A stretch of DNA of 64,000 bases from a bacterium (GTDB lineage: Bacteria; JAMCPX01): contig JAJYLN010000007.1 in the NCBI GenBank assembly GCA_021787665.1, positions 10,135-74,134 on the forward strand, read 5' to 3'. The notes under the pieces are model-generated. The model did not search any database. It was not told where the DNA came from and was given only the letters and a program-made list of their open reading frames with translations. How positions within the stretch are numbered: the stretch's first letter is position 1; each line of letters begins with the position of its first letter. This document shows positions 1 to 10,982 of this stretch, in pieces. The position numbers were made by a program, and so were the translations under genes.

Positions 1-2
1 TG

Positions 3-1139
3 CTTGTCTACTTCATCATCTCGAAGGACCTCAAAAAAGGACTCGCCATCTCTGTCTATGGCGCGCTCGTCTTCTACGTCTTTTTTGTCCTGCTCCATTA
101 TCACCAGCTCCCCATCGACGTAGCGTCGAGGATGTATGCGCTTCATCATCCATCGACGTACCTGCTGTATGTCGTCATCTTTCTGGGCAACCTGATACCG
201 GGAGGCCATCCAACCGCCTTATGGATCCCCTGTGCCGCGGGTACTCTCCTCCTCATCCTAGCGATACAGGTCATCATCAGATACGTGCGGCAGAAGAGAG
301 AGCCGTTCCTGTTCTGCTCGATGCTGTTCATACTCGCAACGGCGGCGGCAGTCGGTCTGGACCGTGTGGGCTGGGGTATCAAAGAGGCGACCGTGTCCAG
401 ATACAGCGTGTATCCTCTCCTGCTTCTCGTGATCATCTTCGGCTATTACCTGACGACCTACCGTGAGAACAGGGCTATCTTCGCACGCCTGAACCTGCTG
501 GGAACCATCGTCCCCCTGGTCGTATTCGCTCTCTGGTTTAATCGGGCCTTCTACTACTTGAATTACATGGGGCTGATATCCTATCACTACGTCGCATACC
601 TATCGCCGAACACCACTCCCTACGCTCAGATACTCTCCGAATCCGAAAGGCTGCATGTGTTCGTACCAGGCCACATAATAATCCCAACCACAAACTATGG
701 AGACTTACCGAATACCCCGCTGCCGGCCTCCGTCGACATGGTATCCTCGCTGCCCCGGAGAGACTACCGCACAGCATTCGGTATCGATAGCATTAACGGC
801 TTCATGGTACCCTCAAGGAACCAGGACGGGGCGATCGTCCTGCACACCGACAGGATAGCCGTACAAGGGTGGGCCATCGACGAGAGGGCCCATGCGATTG
901 CGTCCGCTGTCTTTGCCGATGTCAACGGCAGTCTGTACCCCCTGACCTACGGCATCGTCAGGCCCGACGTGGCAGAGGCGTTCAAGAGCCCGGACTACGT
1001 CTACGCAGGGTTCCAGGGTAGTATACCAGCCCCCGGGCTCCGGAAGGGAGAAAACACTCTCAGCTTCAGGATAATCGACTTCAAAGAAACAGGGTACTAC
1101 CAGACCAAACCGATAAAAATCTGGTTTAGCCGCCGCTGA
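3..1139 (+). CDS. Polytopic membrane protein with C-terminal extracytoplasmic Ig-like domain (5'-truncated by window edge)
   Basis: Frame is open from base 3 (LVYFIISKDLKKG...) into the 132 ORF; several hydrophobic helices; C-terminal QGWAID...RPDVAEAF...AGF motif typical of surface-glycan-locus proteins. Confidence 0.6.
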   Translation, partial: LVYFIISKDLKKGLAISVYGALVFYVFFVLLHYHQLPIDVASRMYALHHPSTYLLYVVIFLGNLIPGGHPTALWIPCAAGTLLLILAIQVIIRYVRQKREPFLFCSMLFILATAAAVGLDRVGWGIKEATVSRYSVYPLLLLVIIFGYYLTTYRENRAIFARLNLLGTIVPLVVFALWFNRAFYYLNYMGLISYHYVAYLSPNTTPYAQILSESERLHVFVPGHIIIPTTNYGDLPNTPLPASVDMVSSLPRRDYRTAFGIDSINGFMVPSRNQDGAIVLHTDRIAVQGWAIDERAHAIASAVFADVNGSLYPLTYGIVRPDVAEAFKSPDYVYAGFQGSIPAPGLRKGENTLSFRIIDFKETGYYQTKPIKIWFSRR

Positions 1140-1962
1140 TCTCCTCCAGCATTTTCTCGGACGCTTGCCGCGCCTCCTCATTGTCCGGGATCTGCCAGAT
1201 GCTCGACCAGAGCCGCTCCCCGCCATCGACGGGTAGTATCGCGCCGGTGATATAATCCCCGGCCGGCGATGCGAGAAACAGTACCATCTGGGCCACGTCC
1301 TCCGGCTTACCGAAGCGCTTCAGCGGGACTACGCTCCTCTGCAGCTCCACGACCTCCCTGGGATAGACGCGCAGCCCTTCCGTGGCAATCGTGCCCGGCG
1401 CAACAGCGTTCACCAGTATCCCGTGCCCGGCCCACTCCACCGCGAGCGTCATCGTTAGGTTCGCTACCCCTGCCCTTGCGGCACCGGTATGAGCGAGCCC
1501 GGGGAACCCCCGCCACATGTTTGCGACGATATTTATGATCCTGCCTCCTCCCTGTGGGATCATCCATTTGTTCGCTACGGTACTGGTAACATTGAATGTC
1601 CCGTTCAGGTTATTGTTGATCACGGTCGCCCAGCCCTTCGGGGTAATGCCCTCCGCAGGTGACGGGAATTGGCCGCCCGCGTTGTTCACGAGGACATCGA
1701 TCTTTCCGAGCCTCCGGATGACCGCGTCCACCATGGACTCCACCTCGCCGATCTCCCTGACATCGCACCTCAGCGCGAGACAGTCGATCCCTGCTTCCTT
1801 CAGTGCCTTTTCGGCGGGTAGAAAATGTTCCTCCTTCCTGCTCGCGATCGCCACCCGTGCGCCCAGCCGGCCGAAGGAGAGGGCGATCGCCTTCCCGATC
1901 CCGGTCCCGCCTCCGGTCACGACGACGACTTTGTCCTTAAACAGGTCCTGTCTGAATACCAT
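1126..1962 (-). CDS. SDR oxidoreductase, 2,4-dienoyl-CoA / trans-2-enoyl-CoA reductase-like
   Basis: TGGGTGIG, NNAGGQF, AHTGAARAG motifs; start moved to ATG 1962 behind a GAGGAGG SD. Confidence 0.85.
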   Translation of the reverse strand: MVFRQDLFKDKVVVVTGGGTGIGKAIALSFGRLGARVAIASRKEEHFLPAEKALKEAGIDCLALRCDVREIGEVESMVDAVIRRLGKIDVLVNNAGGQFPSPAEGITPKGWATVINNNLNGTFNVTSTVANKWMIPQGGGRIINIVANMWRGFPGLAHTGAARAGVANLTMTLAVEWAGHGILVNAVAPGTIATEGLRVYPREVVELQRSVVPLKRFGKPEDVAQMVLFLASPAGDYITGAILPVDGGERLWSSIWQIPDNEEARQASEKMLEEISGG

Positions 1963-2159
1963 CGTCAGCCTCCTCAAAAGTCCAAGTGAGCTTAGCACAC
2001 CATGAGAGCCGCGGTAAAGAGGCACAGGCCACCCACAGGGTATCGTCTTTATCACGGTGCCATTTTTGCCATATGTTCTCCTAAAAATGGATATTAAACA
2101 TCAATATTAGGCCTAATTTTGACACTTTACTTTCATATTTATGGATATAGGGTACTTGT

Positions 2160-3331
2160 ATGATGTTATATAAAAGGCTTATACAGGAAAACATACTCAA
2201 AGAATTGAATGCGCCGGAAATAATCATTATCAACGGTCCAAGGCGTGTCGGTAAAACAACCCTTCTCAAAACTATAGGACAACAGGTTACCGACAAAAAA
2301 AATGCATATTTCGATTTCACCGACCCCGCTATTATAAAGCTATGGCAGGATTTCTCTCAGGAAAAGATCAAGGCAGTCCTTGACGATATCGGCATACGCA
2401 ATGAGAGTGGAATTATCTTTTTCGATGAGATACAGTATCTGAGAAATATCGGATTGCTTTTGAAATTGTTTTATGACCATTTCCCCAAAATCAAGGTACT
2501 AGCCACCGGCTCCTCTTCATTCCTGTTTTTACACGACATAGGCGACAGCCTCGCGGGCAGGAAGAAAATGTTTCCCCTCGACTCCTGTCGCTTGAGGAAA
2601 TAACGGACGTCGTATCCGATGATTTATGGCGGTTCGAAGATAAGCCTGTTCAGGCGGCCAGCCTGCAGGAGGCCCTCAGGAAGATACTGATCACCGGCTC
2701 GTATCCCGAGGTATTCGGTATGGACGCATTCCAGAACAAGACCGAGAAACTGAAGGAGATTGTAGATTCATACCTTTTCAAAGACCTGCTCATGATCGAG
2801 GGCATAAAAAAGCCGAGGCTCATTGTCGAACTTACAAAGTATCTGGCGCATCACCTGGGCAGCATGGTCAATCCGAATGAGATAGCGGCCACGCTCGGCG
2901 TGTCCCGCAATACCGTGCTCAGCTACATCGACCTCCTGGAACGGTTCTTTATCGTCTTCAGGGTATACCCGTACGGCAAGAATCTCAGAAATGTTATGAG
3001 AAAGAAGTTTAAGATCTACTTTTACGACCCGGGCATCCGCAATGCCGTCATCGGCAACTTCATCCCGCTCGATCAAAGGGAGGACAGAGGCTTCCTTCTC
3101 GAGAACGCCGTTGCCCTGGGACTAAAGCGAAGGATCGACTATGAGCGCAAGCCGTACGAGCTTTTCTATTGGAGGAATTACGAGGGCAGGGAAGTCGATA
3201 TCGTGCTGACAGACGGCACCCTCACCGGCATCGAGGTTGCGTGGAACAAAAAGAACCACAAACTCACTAAAAGCTATCCGGGCAAGGGAATGATAACCGA
3301 TATCGGGGATGCCTACAAGTTTTGTTTGTAG
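2160..3331 (+). pseudogene. AAA+ ATPase (AAA_14 + DUF4143 type), split by a 1-nt frameshift near 2580-2586
   Basis: GPRRVGKTT, FFDEIQ, ATGSSS, SLAGR in ORF 2160; -1 frame continues LSLEEI...ITGSYPEV into ORF 2720 (KIYFYDPG, LLEN, YWR, EVD). Confidence 0.8.
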
Positions 3332-3470
3332 GGAAAGAAATAAAATAATCAAATCCGGAGAAGATTAATGATGCTATTTGGAATGGATAGAACATTACAA
3401 AAGACGTTTAAAAGAATAGGACGGATGCTGGATCAATTATCAAGAAGAAAGATTTGACTCCTTTTTTCAT

Positions 3471-4955
3471 TCAGTACATGAAGCTCGAGAAATGGGCAAA
3501 ACTCTGGAGGGGCGTCCACCATACGCCGAACAGGATCGTCGGGACAAGCAAGCTGATGATGATAAGCGCTGGCACCAATCCCACTCTGACCGGCTGTACG
3601 CCCTCCGGCGGCGTCTCGAGGTACATCTTCTTGATGACCCTCGCATAGTAGTACAGCGATACCACCGTGTTCACAACCGCCACGATGACGAGCCAGTAGA
3701 GCCCCTTGTCTATGGCGGCGAGAAACACGACCACCTTGCCGATGAAACCTGCAAAGGGCGGTAAGCCCGTCAGGGAGAACAGGAACACGGTCATCGCTGC
3801 GGAAAGACCGGGAGAAACCTGCGCGAGGCCGCTGTAGTGATCGATGTCCTCGGAGTGGATGCTGTTGTCAACTATCATGACGATGAAGAATGCGCCCATG
3901 TTCATGAAGAAATAGACCGCGAGGTAGAGCAGTACGGCGCTCACCGCCGCCCGTGAGACGATGGACAGACCAATCAGCATGTACCCGGCGTGGGCGATAC
4001 TCGAGTACGCGAGCATTCTCTTGATGTTATTCTGCGGTATCGCAACGATATTCCCGATCGTCATCGTGAACGCGGCAACGACCGCGACGATCAGCAGCCA
4101 CCGGATCGGACTCACATTGGCATAGTAGTGGGTCACGCTTACCGAGCTGATGTAGGCCGTGTAGAAGAACCTCATGATCACAGCGAAGCCGGCTGCCTTC
4201 GAGGCGACCGCGAGCAGCGCGGTCACCGGCGTGGGTGCACCCTCATAGACGTCCGGCGCCCACATATGCATGGGAACCATGACTATCTTGAACCCGAAAC
4301 CCGTGAGGACGAAGAGCGTTGCGACATACACCGTAATGCGCGGGTAGCCGTGGTTGATAAAGGCTATGAGAATATCTCCGAGGCTGAGAGAATGCGCCAT
4401 ACCGTACAGGAGGGACATGCCGTACAGCATGAACCCGGACGCTATGGAGCCATAGATGATGTACTTCAGCCCGGCCTCCTTCGAGCGCCGTGCGCCCCTG
4501 GTGTACGACACGAGCAGGTACGACATGACGCTGAGCAGTTCCATCGAGAGGTATATCATCAGCAGGTTCGTCGAGCTCGCCATCAGGGACATACCGATAC
4601 CGAAGCCGGAGAGAATGGCCACCAGCTCCCAACTCCCCTGCGTATCCTTGAGCTCCCGGGAATCCATTGCCATGAGCAGGACGTAGAGCACGGACACGTA
4701 CGCGATGAGACTGAAAAAGAGGCTGAACGGGTCTATCGTCACCAGGGCATGAAACGCCGTGTTGAGCGTAAGCCGCTCGTACAGGATCACGGTTGCTGCA
4801 GCGGCCCCCAGCATGCCGATGATGCCTATGGAGAAGGCCTCCTTGGCGCCAGACCGCTTCGTCAGCATGGCGCCCATGAGCGCGATAAGCGCCGTAAGCG
4901 CTGCGATCAGTTCCGGCGCAATCAGGACGAGCGACCTGGTCAGTCCCGTCTGCAT
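3471..4955 (-). CDS. nuoN: NADH-quinone oxidoreductase subunit N
   Basis: EAGLKY, FKIVMVPMHMWAPDVYEGAP, KRMLAYSSIAH; operon order. Confidence 0.95.
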   Translation of the reverse strand: MQTGLTRSLVLIAPELIAALTALIALMGAMLTKRSGAKEAFSIGIIGMLGAAAATVILYERLTLNTAFHALVTIDPFSLFFSLIAYVSVLYVLLMAMDSRELKDTQGSWELVAILSGFGIGMSLMASSTNLLMIYLSMELLSVMSYLLVSYTRGARRSKEAGLKYIIYGSIASGFMLYGMSLLYGMAHSLSLGDILIAFINHGYPRITVYVATLFVLTGFGFKIVMVPMHMWAPDVYEGAPTPVTALLAVASKAAGFAVIMRFFYTAYISSVSVTHYYANVSPIRWLLIVAVVAAFTMTIGNIVAIPQNNIKRMLAYSSIAHAGYMLIGLSIVSRAAVSAVLLYLAVYFFMNMGAFFIVMIVDNSIHSEDIDHYSGLAQVSPGLSAAMTVFLFSLTGLPPFAGFIGKVVVFLAAIDKGLYWLVIVAVVNTVVSLYYYARVIKKMYLETPPEGVQPVRVGLVPALIIISLLVPTILFGVWWTPLQSFAHFSSFMY

Positions 4956-6454
4956 CAGTGCCCCACCATCATCAGCAGCTTCGAGAGCGAGGCGCCGACG
5001 AGGTTAAAGAAAGGCATCGGGTAGACGCCGAGGAATAGGGCGATCAGCACGAGCGGCACGAGGGTAAACAGCTCCCGGCCGTTTATCCGTGCGATGCCAC
5101 GGTACTTCTCGTTCGGCGGACCAAGGAACACCCTCTGGTACGCCCAGAGGAAATAGCCGGCCGTGAATATGACGCCCGTCGCAGAGACGATCACGATCAC
5201 CGGGTAGACCTTGAACGTACCGAGAAACACCAGCACTTCCCCGATAAACCCGCTCAGTCCGGGTAGCCCGAGCGATCCCATGAAGGCGAGGCTCGTGATG
5301 CCGGCGTACACGGGCATGTACGTGGCGATGCCCCCGAACCCGTTCAGGTCCCTGTGGTGTGCCCTATCGTAGATCACGCCCACCAGCAGGAAGAGCATCC
5401 CGGTGATGATGCCGTGGTTGAACATCTGCATGAGCGCACCGTTGAAGCCTATGAAGGTCATGGAGGCAAGGCCGAGTATCACGAAGCCCATGTGGCTCAC
5501 CGAGGAATAGGCAATCATCTTCTTGAAGTCCGTCTGTGCCATAGCAACGAGGGCGCCGTACACGATGTTGATGAGTCCGAGGATGGCAAGGCCGATGGCC
5601 GTATAGGCTGCCATGTCCGGGAGCAGCGGGTAACTGATCCTCATGAGACCGTAGGCACCCATCTTCAGCAACACCCCCGCGAGGATGACGCTGATGGCCG
5701 TCGGTGCCTCTACGTGGGCGTCAGGCAACCACGTGTGGAACGGGAACACCGGCACTTTGATGGCGAAGCCTATGAACAGCGCCACGTACATCGCGAGCCT
5801 CACCCAGAACTGCTTTATGAACATGCCCTGGTTCGCCTGGTTCATGAGCGTCACGATATTGAAGGTGTGGCTACCGGTCGCCGGGTCCGTGCTGTTGAAG
5901 TAGAAGGTGAGGATAACCACGAGCATAAGCACGCTGCCAGCGAGGGTGTACAGGAAGAACTTTATGGCCGCATACTCCCTTCTCGGGCCGCCCCATATGC
6001 CGATGAGAAAGTACATGGGAAAGAGCATCAGCTCCCAGAATATATAGAATAGAAAGAAGTCCAGGGCCATGAATACACCGAACATAGCCGTCACGAGCAA
6101 AAGGTACAGCGAGAAATAGGCCTTGTGCGCCTTGTTGATGTTCCACGACGCGAATACCGACAGGAAGCTCAGCAATCCGGTCAGGACAATCATGGGGGTG
6201 CTGATACCGTCCGCCCCGAGATAGTACTGTATATTGAACGCCGTTATCCACGGGTATTTCTCCACGAACTGAAAGCCGGCGGATGACGCGTCCATCGTAC
6301 CATACAGGTAGAAGGACAGGACCATGGGGATAAAGGTGAACACGGCCGCTGTCCATCTGATCCATGTCACCCTTTCCCGCGGCATCAGCAGGATCAGGAC
6401 GAACCCGATCATCGGTGTAAAGACTATCAAGCTCAACAAATAATTAGACAGCAT
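4955..6454 (-). CDS. nuoM: NADH-quinone oxidoreductase subunit M
   Basis: FYIFWE, FPFHTWLPDAHVEAPT, LPGLSGFIGE. Confidence 0.95.
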   Translation of the reverse strand: MLSNYLLSLIVFTPMIGFVLILLMPRERVTWIRWTAAVFTFIPMVLSFYLYGTMDASSAGFQFVEKYPWITAFNIQYYLGADGISTPMIVLTGLLSFLSVFASWNINKAHKAYFSLYLLLVTAMFGVFMALDFFLFYIFWELMLFPMYFLIGIWGGPRREYAAIKFFLYTLAGSVLMLVVILTFYFNSTDPATGSHTFNIVTLMNQANQGMFIKQFWVRLAMYVALFIGFAIKVPVFPFHTWLPDAHVEAPTAISVILAGVLLKMGAYGLMRISYPLLPDMAAYTAIGLAILGLINIVYGALVAMAQTDFKKMIAYSSVSHMGFVILGLASMTFIGFNGALMQMFNHGIITGMLFLLVGVIYDRAHHRDLNGFGGIATYMPVYAGITSLAFMGSLGLPGLSGFIGEVLVFLGTFKVYPVIVIVSATGVIFTAGYFLWAYQRVFLGPPNEKYRGIARINGRELFTLVPLVLIALFLGVYPMPFFNLVGASLSKLLMMVGH

Positions 6455-6463
6455 CTCTTCCTC

Positions 6464-8470
6464 CTATAATAGAACAAGCGAGAGTAGTATGGCCATACCT
6501 ATGACAGCGACGATAAGATAGTTCTGCACGAGGCCGTTCTGGAGCTTCCGCAGCACTGCACCGGCAGAAACGATACCGTCTCCAACCGCGTTCACCGCGC
6601 CGTCGACGACTACCCTGTCGAACGCGCCCTCAAAGTCCGCGAGCCTCCTGCCGAGCCGTGCCGTGCCGTTCACGGTACCATCTATGATGCGCGCATCGAA
6701 CACCCCCAGCAGGTCCTTGAGCCCCATGAGGCCACCCACGATATACTTCTGGTAGAACTCGTCCACGTAATACTTGTTCAGCAGCCACCGGTAGGCAGTG
6801 TTGTACTTCTCTGCCATTATGGCGGGCAACTCCGTCCTCACCCCGTACAAATAGTACGCGAAACCGATACCGGAGAAGGCGGCAAGCACGGAAACACCCA
6901 TGAGCGTCCACTCGAGCGATACCGAGCCCTCCGGCAGCCTCACCCCTGACGCAAACACCGGTGCCAGGAACTGTGCAAACACGTTGTGCACGCCAAAAAT
7001 CGCCGGCATACCGATATAGCCGCCGATCGCGGACAGGATGGCGAGTATGATGAGCGGTATCGTCATCGTCTTCGGAGATTCGTGCACGTGCTCCGCAGTA
7101 TGGTGGTCCATCCTGGGATTGCCGTAGAAAGTCAGTATCACGAGCCTCGTCATGTAGAACGCGGTGAGCACAGCCGCCACGACGCCGAGCAGCCATACGA
7201 ACGTGCCACCGTACGGGCTGATGTAGGCATGGTACAGGATGTCGTCCTTGCTGAAGAACCCCGCGAAACCGGGAACACCCATGATAGCGAGACTGGCTAT
7301 GACGAAGGTCGTGGTGGTGATGGGCATCTTGCTGGACAGCCCCCCCATCTTCCGTATGTCCTGCTCTCCGGACATCGCATGGATGACACTGCCGGAGCCC
7401 AGAAACAGGAGTGCCTTGAAAAAGGCGTGCGTCATGAGGTGAAATATGCCGGCACCAAACGCACCCACACCCACCCCGATGAACATGTACCCGAGCTGGC
7501 TGACCGTGGAGTATGCGAGTACCTTTTTTATGTCGTTCTGCACGAGCCCGATGGTGGCCGCGAAAAAGGCGGTCAGTGCACCGACGATGGCTATCACCCG
7601 AAGCGCGTCCGGCGCCAGGGCATACAGGAAGTTCATCCGCGCTACCATGTAGACGCCTGCGGTAACCATCGTGGCAGCATGGATAAGGGCGCTGACCGGT
7701 GTCGGGCCGGCCATGGCGTCCGGCAGCCACACGTAGAGGGGTATCTGTGCAGACTTCCCGGTAGCACCGACGAAGAGCATGATCCCGACTGCCGTCAGTA
7801 TCGCGGGAGAGACGAGACCTATGTTGGACTTTATCACGCCGAAGTCGAGCGACCATGTCCCGGTCCTGACACCGACCGCCGTGAACAGGAGCATGAAGCC
7901 TACGATAAAGCCGAAGTCGCCGATCCTGTTCACCACGAACGCCTTCATGCCGGCCTTCGCGTTTTCGATCTTCTCGAACCAGAACCCGATTAGAAGATAG
8001 GAGCAAAGCCCCACGCCTTCCCAGCCGACGAACATCAGGAGGATGCTGTTGGAGAGCACGAGCAGGAGCATCGCGAACGCAAACAAGTTCAGGAAGCCAA
8101 AGTACCTCGAATACCGCTTGTCCCCGTGCATATAGCCAACGGAGTAGAGGTGTATGACAGAGCCGACCCCGCTCACGATAAGGGCCATGACCACGGACAG
8201 TGGATCTACGAGGAATGACAGCCCCACCCTGAACCCCTGGAGTCCTATCCATGTATAGACCGTATCGATGAACTGCCGCTGACCTGGCGGCAGGGAAACG
8301 ATGTGCAGGTAAGCGATCACGGACAGGACGAACGAGGTCGCGATCGTGCCGATCGCAATCGTATGCGTGACAGGCCTCGGCAGTCTGCTCCCAATCAGGA
8401 GGTTTACCATTGCGCCGGTCAATGGCAGCAGGGGAATCAACCAAATACAATGCTCGATGCATGGATACAT
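6464..8470 (-). CDS. nuoL: NADH-quinone oxidoreductase subunit L
   Basis: GWEGVGLCSY, GKSAQIPLYVWLPDAMAGPTPVSALIHAATMVTAG. Confidence 0.95.
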   Translation of the reverse strand: MYPCIEHCIWLIPLLPLTGAMVNLLIGSRLPRPVTHTIAIGTIATSFVLSVIAYLHIVSLPPGQRQFIDTVYTWIGLQGFRVGLSFLVDPLSVVMALIVSGVGSVIHLYSVGYMHGDKRYSRYFGFLNLFAFAMLLLVLSNSILLMFVGWEGVGLCSYLLIGFWFEKIENAKAGMKAFVVNRIGDFGFIVGFMLLFTAVGVRTGTWSLDFGVIKSNIGLVSPAILTAVGIMLFVGATGKSAQIPLYVWLPDAMAGPTPVSALIHAATMVTAGVYMVARMNFLYALAPDALRVIAIVGALTAFFAATIGLVQNDIKKVLAYSTVSQLGYMFIGVGVGAFGAGIFHLMTHAFFKALLFLGSGSVIHAMSGEQDIRKMGGLSSKMPITTTTFVIASLAIMGVPGFAGFFSKDDILYHAYISPYGGTFVWLLGVVAAVLTAFYMTRLVILTFYGNPRMDHHTAEHVHESPKTMTIPLIILAILSAIGGYIGMPAIFGVHNVFAQFLAPVFASGVRLPEGSVSLEWTLMGVSVLAAFSGIGFAYYLYGVRTELPAIMAEKYNTAYRWLLNKYYVDEFYQKYIVGGLMGLKDLLGVFDARIIDGTVNGTARLGRRLADFEGAFDRVVVDGAVNAVGDGIVSAGAVLRKLQNGLVQNYLIVAVIGMAILLSLVLL

Positions 8471-8483
8471 TGAAGCCTCCTCC

Positions 8484-8798
8484 CTAACCTTTCATGGTAT
8501 CTTCTTTGTCCAGGTCTATGGTCCTCGTGACCTTGTAGATCGAGATCACGATCGCGAGGGCCACGGCGACCTCTGCCGCTGCGATCACGATCGAGAACAG
8601 CGCAAAGACCTGGCCGACGACTCCAGCATCCGTGAACTTCGAGAACGCCACGAGGTTGATGTTCGCCGCGTTCAGCATGAGCTCCACGCCCATCAGCACG
8701 GCGATAGCGTTCTTCCTGGTCAGCACGCCAAAGACCCCGATGGAAAACAGTATGCCGGAAAGTATGAGGTAGTCCGTCAATGTTACAGCAGGGGCCAT
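8484..8798 (-). CDS. nuoK: NADH-quinone oxidoreductase subunit K
   Basis: VELMLNA, AAAEVAVALA; three TM helices. Confidence 0.95.
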   Translation of the reverse strand: MAPAVTLTDYLILSGILFSIGVFGVLTRKNAIAVLMGVELMLNAANINLVAFSKFTDAGVVGQVFALFSIVIAAAEVAVALAIVISIYKVTRTIDLDKEDTMKG

Positions 8799-8801
8799 AG
8801 C

Positions 8802-9374
8802 CTATGCATCCTTCCTCTCAAGGCCGGCGCCACGCTTGTCCCGGTCCTTCCTTTCCTTCCCTACGCGTAGCTCGGACCTGATCAGATATGCCGCACCTAC
8901 CATGGCGAGGACCAGGAGCACGGACGCGAGCTCGAACGGGAGCAGATAGTCTGTCATGAGCAGGGTGCCGATCGGCCGGGTGGTGGGAATGCTTGCCTTG
9001 TATCCTATTAACCGCCACGGCACCTGCCTGATAGCGTAATAGATAATCGTGAAGGTGACGATCGCGCTGATGGTCCCCATCACCAGCGTACCGAGCCTGT
9101 TGAATATGTCCACGCTATAGGAGTTGTGCGTCAGCATGACCCCGAACACGATGAGGATCATCACCCCACCGATGTAGATGAGCACCTGCGTGACGCCGAC
9201 GAAGTCGGCCCCGAGCAGAATGTAGATGCCCGCAACGCCGAACAGCGTAAAAAACAGTGCGAACGCAGACTGCACGATGTTGCGGAGCAGAACGACGAGC
9301 AGCGCGGACGCTATCGTCATGGCTGCAAAGAAATAGAAGAACAGCAAATGTACCGTGGATGGTACGGCGCTCAT
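8802..9374 (-). CDS. nuoJ: NADH-quinone oxidoreductase subunit J
   Basis: QVLIYIGG, YLLPFELAS. Confidence 0.93.
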   Translation of the reverse strand: MSAVPSTVHLLFFYFFAAMTIASALLVVLLRNIVQSAFALFFTLFGVAGIYILLGADFVGVTQVLIYIGGVMILIVFGVMLTHNSYSVDIFNRLGTLVMGTISAIVTFTIIYYAIRQVPWRLIGYKASIPTTRPIGTLLMTDYLLPFELASVLLVLAMVGAAYLIRSELRVGKERKDRDKRGAGLERKDA

Positions 9375-9853
9375 CCCACCGCTCCTTTCGTTTCTTTTCC
9401 CTCACTGGCTGCCGCCGGCTTCTTCTCTGCCGGCTTCGGCTCGCCAAGGCCGAAGTGCGAGACAAGACCCTCCCGTGAGTAGCTGGAGAACTCGTACTTT
9501 TTCTCGAAGTAGAGGCATTGATCGACCGGGCAGGCTTCGACACAGAGACCGCAGTAGATACACCTCGCGTTGTCGATATCGAAGACGACCGGCCTGAGCT
9601 TCTTGTTCTCGTCCCTTACCGTCTTGAGCACTATCGCATCGACCGGACATATCCTCGCACACGCCGTACAGCCGGTGCATATGTTGATGTCGACAAACAG
9701 CTTGCCCCTGAACCTGTCGGACGGCTCCCGCCTGACCTCTGGATACTGCTGCGTGACCTCGCTCCCGGGCTTCACGCCATATCGAAGCGTGATACGCATC
9801 CCGGCCAGGACGGACTTTACGGAGCTGAACATTCTTTTCATATACCCCCACAT
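9371..9853 (-). CDS. nuoI: NADH-quinone oxidoreductase subunit I (2x[4Fe-4S])
   Basis: TQQYPE, RFRG, CTGCTACARICP and CIYCGLCVEACP. Confidence 0.93.
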   Translation of the reverse strand: MWGYMKRMFSSVKSVLAGMRITLRYGVKPGSEVTQQYPEVRREPSDRFRGKLFVDINICTGCTACARICPVDAIVLKTVRDENKKLRPVVFDIDNARCIYCGLCVEACPVDQCLYFEKKYEFSSYSREGLVSHFGLGEPKPAEKKPAAASEGKETKGAVG

Positions 9854-9863
9854 CGCCCGGCCC

Positions 9864-10982
9864 TCAATGCGCGTATAGTCCAGCGATAAGATCGTAGACG
9901 CCCTTGCCGTGGAACGCCAGCACCCATATGCTCGCGCCGATGAGGTTGAAGAACGCGATCGGCGTGAGGTATTTCCAGCATAGGTCCATAAGCTGGTCTA
10001 CGCGTAGCCTGGGGAGTGTCCACCTGATCCACATCATGACATAGATGAGAAGGAACACCTTCCCGAAGAAAACCGCTACCTCAAGCAGCTCCCTCAGCCA
10101 CACGGGCATCGCGAGCCCGCCTATGAACGGCACCTGCCAGCCCCCGAGGAAGAGTGTCGTAGCCAGGGCGCTCACGACAAACATGTCCCCGTACTCCGCC
10201 ATAAAGAAGAACGCGAAACGCATGCCGGTGTACTCCGTATGATAGCCTGCAACGATCTCGGACTCCGCCTCTGGAATATCGAAGGGCGTCCTGTTCACCT
10301 CGGCTATGGCGGCTATGAAGTACACGAAGAACGCGAGCAGCGTAAATGGGTTGTTGAACAACAGCCAGCGGAAAATGCCCAGGCCGCCAGCCTGGCAGCC
10401 GATGATGTCCTTCATATCGAGCGACGCCGGTACGATCACCGCGGCGAGCAGAGAAAGCACGATCGGTATCTCATAGCTGATAATCTGAGCGACCGCACGC
10501 ATACCTCCGAACAGCGACCACTTGTTGTTCGAGCCCCATGACCCCATAAGTATCGCCATGGAGACTACGGACGAGATAGCAATGATATAAAGGACCCCGA
10601 CGTTGAGGTCCGCCACGTACACATGCTCGCTGTACGACAGGGGCACGAACGCAGCGAATGATGCGGTAAAAACGATATACGGGGCCAAGACGAACAGCCA
10701 TCGGTCCGCATAGAAGGGAATGATGTCCTCCTTGAGCAACAGCTTCACGCCATCCGCCACGAACTGCAGGAGCCCGTACGGCCCTACCCTGTTAGGCCCT
10801 ATTCTGGCCTGGATGTCACCGGCCACCTTCCTCTCCGCGTACGTAGCGAACCCCTCGTACAGCAGCACGATGCCGAGTACGATCAGCGCGGACGCGAGCA
10901 TGATGGCGACGGTAACCAGCAGACGTACCAGCGGGCCCGCATTCCCGAGCGATGTCACTATATCTCTGACAAGACCTATCAT
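9864..10982 (-). CDS. nuoH: NADH-quinone oxidoreductase subunit H
   Basis: ERKVAGDIQARIGPNRVG, NRTPFDIPEAESEIVAGYHTEY. Confidence 0.95.
   Translation of the reverse strand: MIGLVRDIVTSLGNAGPLVRLLVTVAIMLASALIVLGIVLLYEGFATYAERKVAGDIQARIGPNRVGPYGLLQFVADGVKLLLKEDIIPFYADRWLFVLAPYIVFTASFAAFVPLSYSEHVYVADLNVGVLYIIAISSVVSMAILMGSWGSNNKWSLFGGMRAVAQIISYEIPIVLSLLAAVIVPASLDMKDIIGCQAGGLGIFRWLLFNNPFTLLAFFVYFIAAIAEVNRTPFDIPEAESEIVAGYHTEYTGMRFAFFFMAEYGDMFVVSALATTLFLGGWQVPFIGGLAMPVWLRELLEVAVFFGKVFLLIYVMMWIRWTLPRLRVDQLMDLCWKYLTPIAFFNLIGASIWVLAFHGKGVYDLIAGLYAH

Noticed and set aside
2040..2075. Possible sigma54 promoter (TGGCAC on the minus strand)
   Set aside because: No TTGC at the -12 position
3368..3457. 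29-aa ORF MMLFGMDRTLQKTFKRIGRMLDQLSRRKI behind a GGAG
   Set aside because: Too short with no supporting features; could be a remnant or chance
6630..8462. 610-aa alternative-frame ORF, plus other long overlapping ORFs such as 24312-26021, 28247-29485 and 13953-15146
   Set aside because: Shadow ORFs of well-supported genes in GC-rich DNA, with no recognisable motifs
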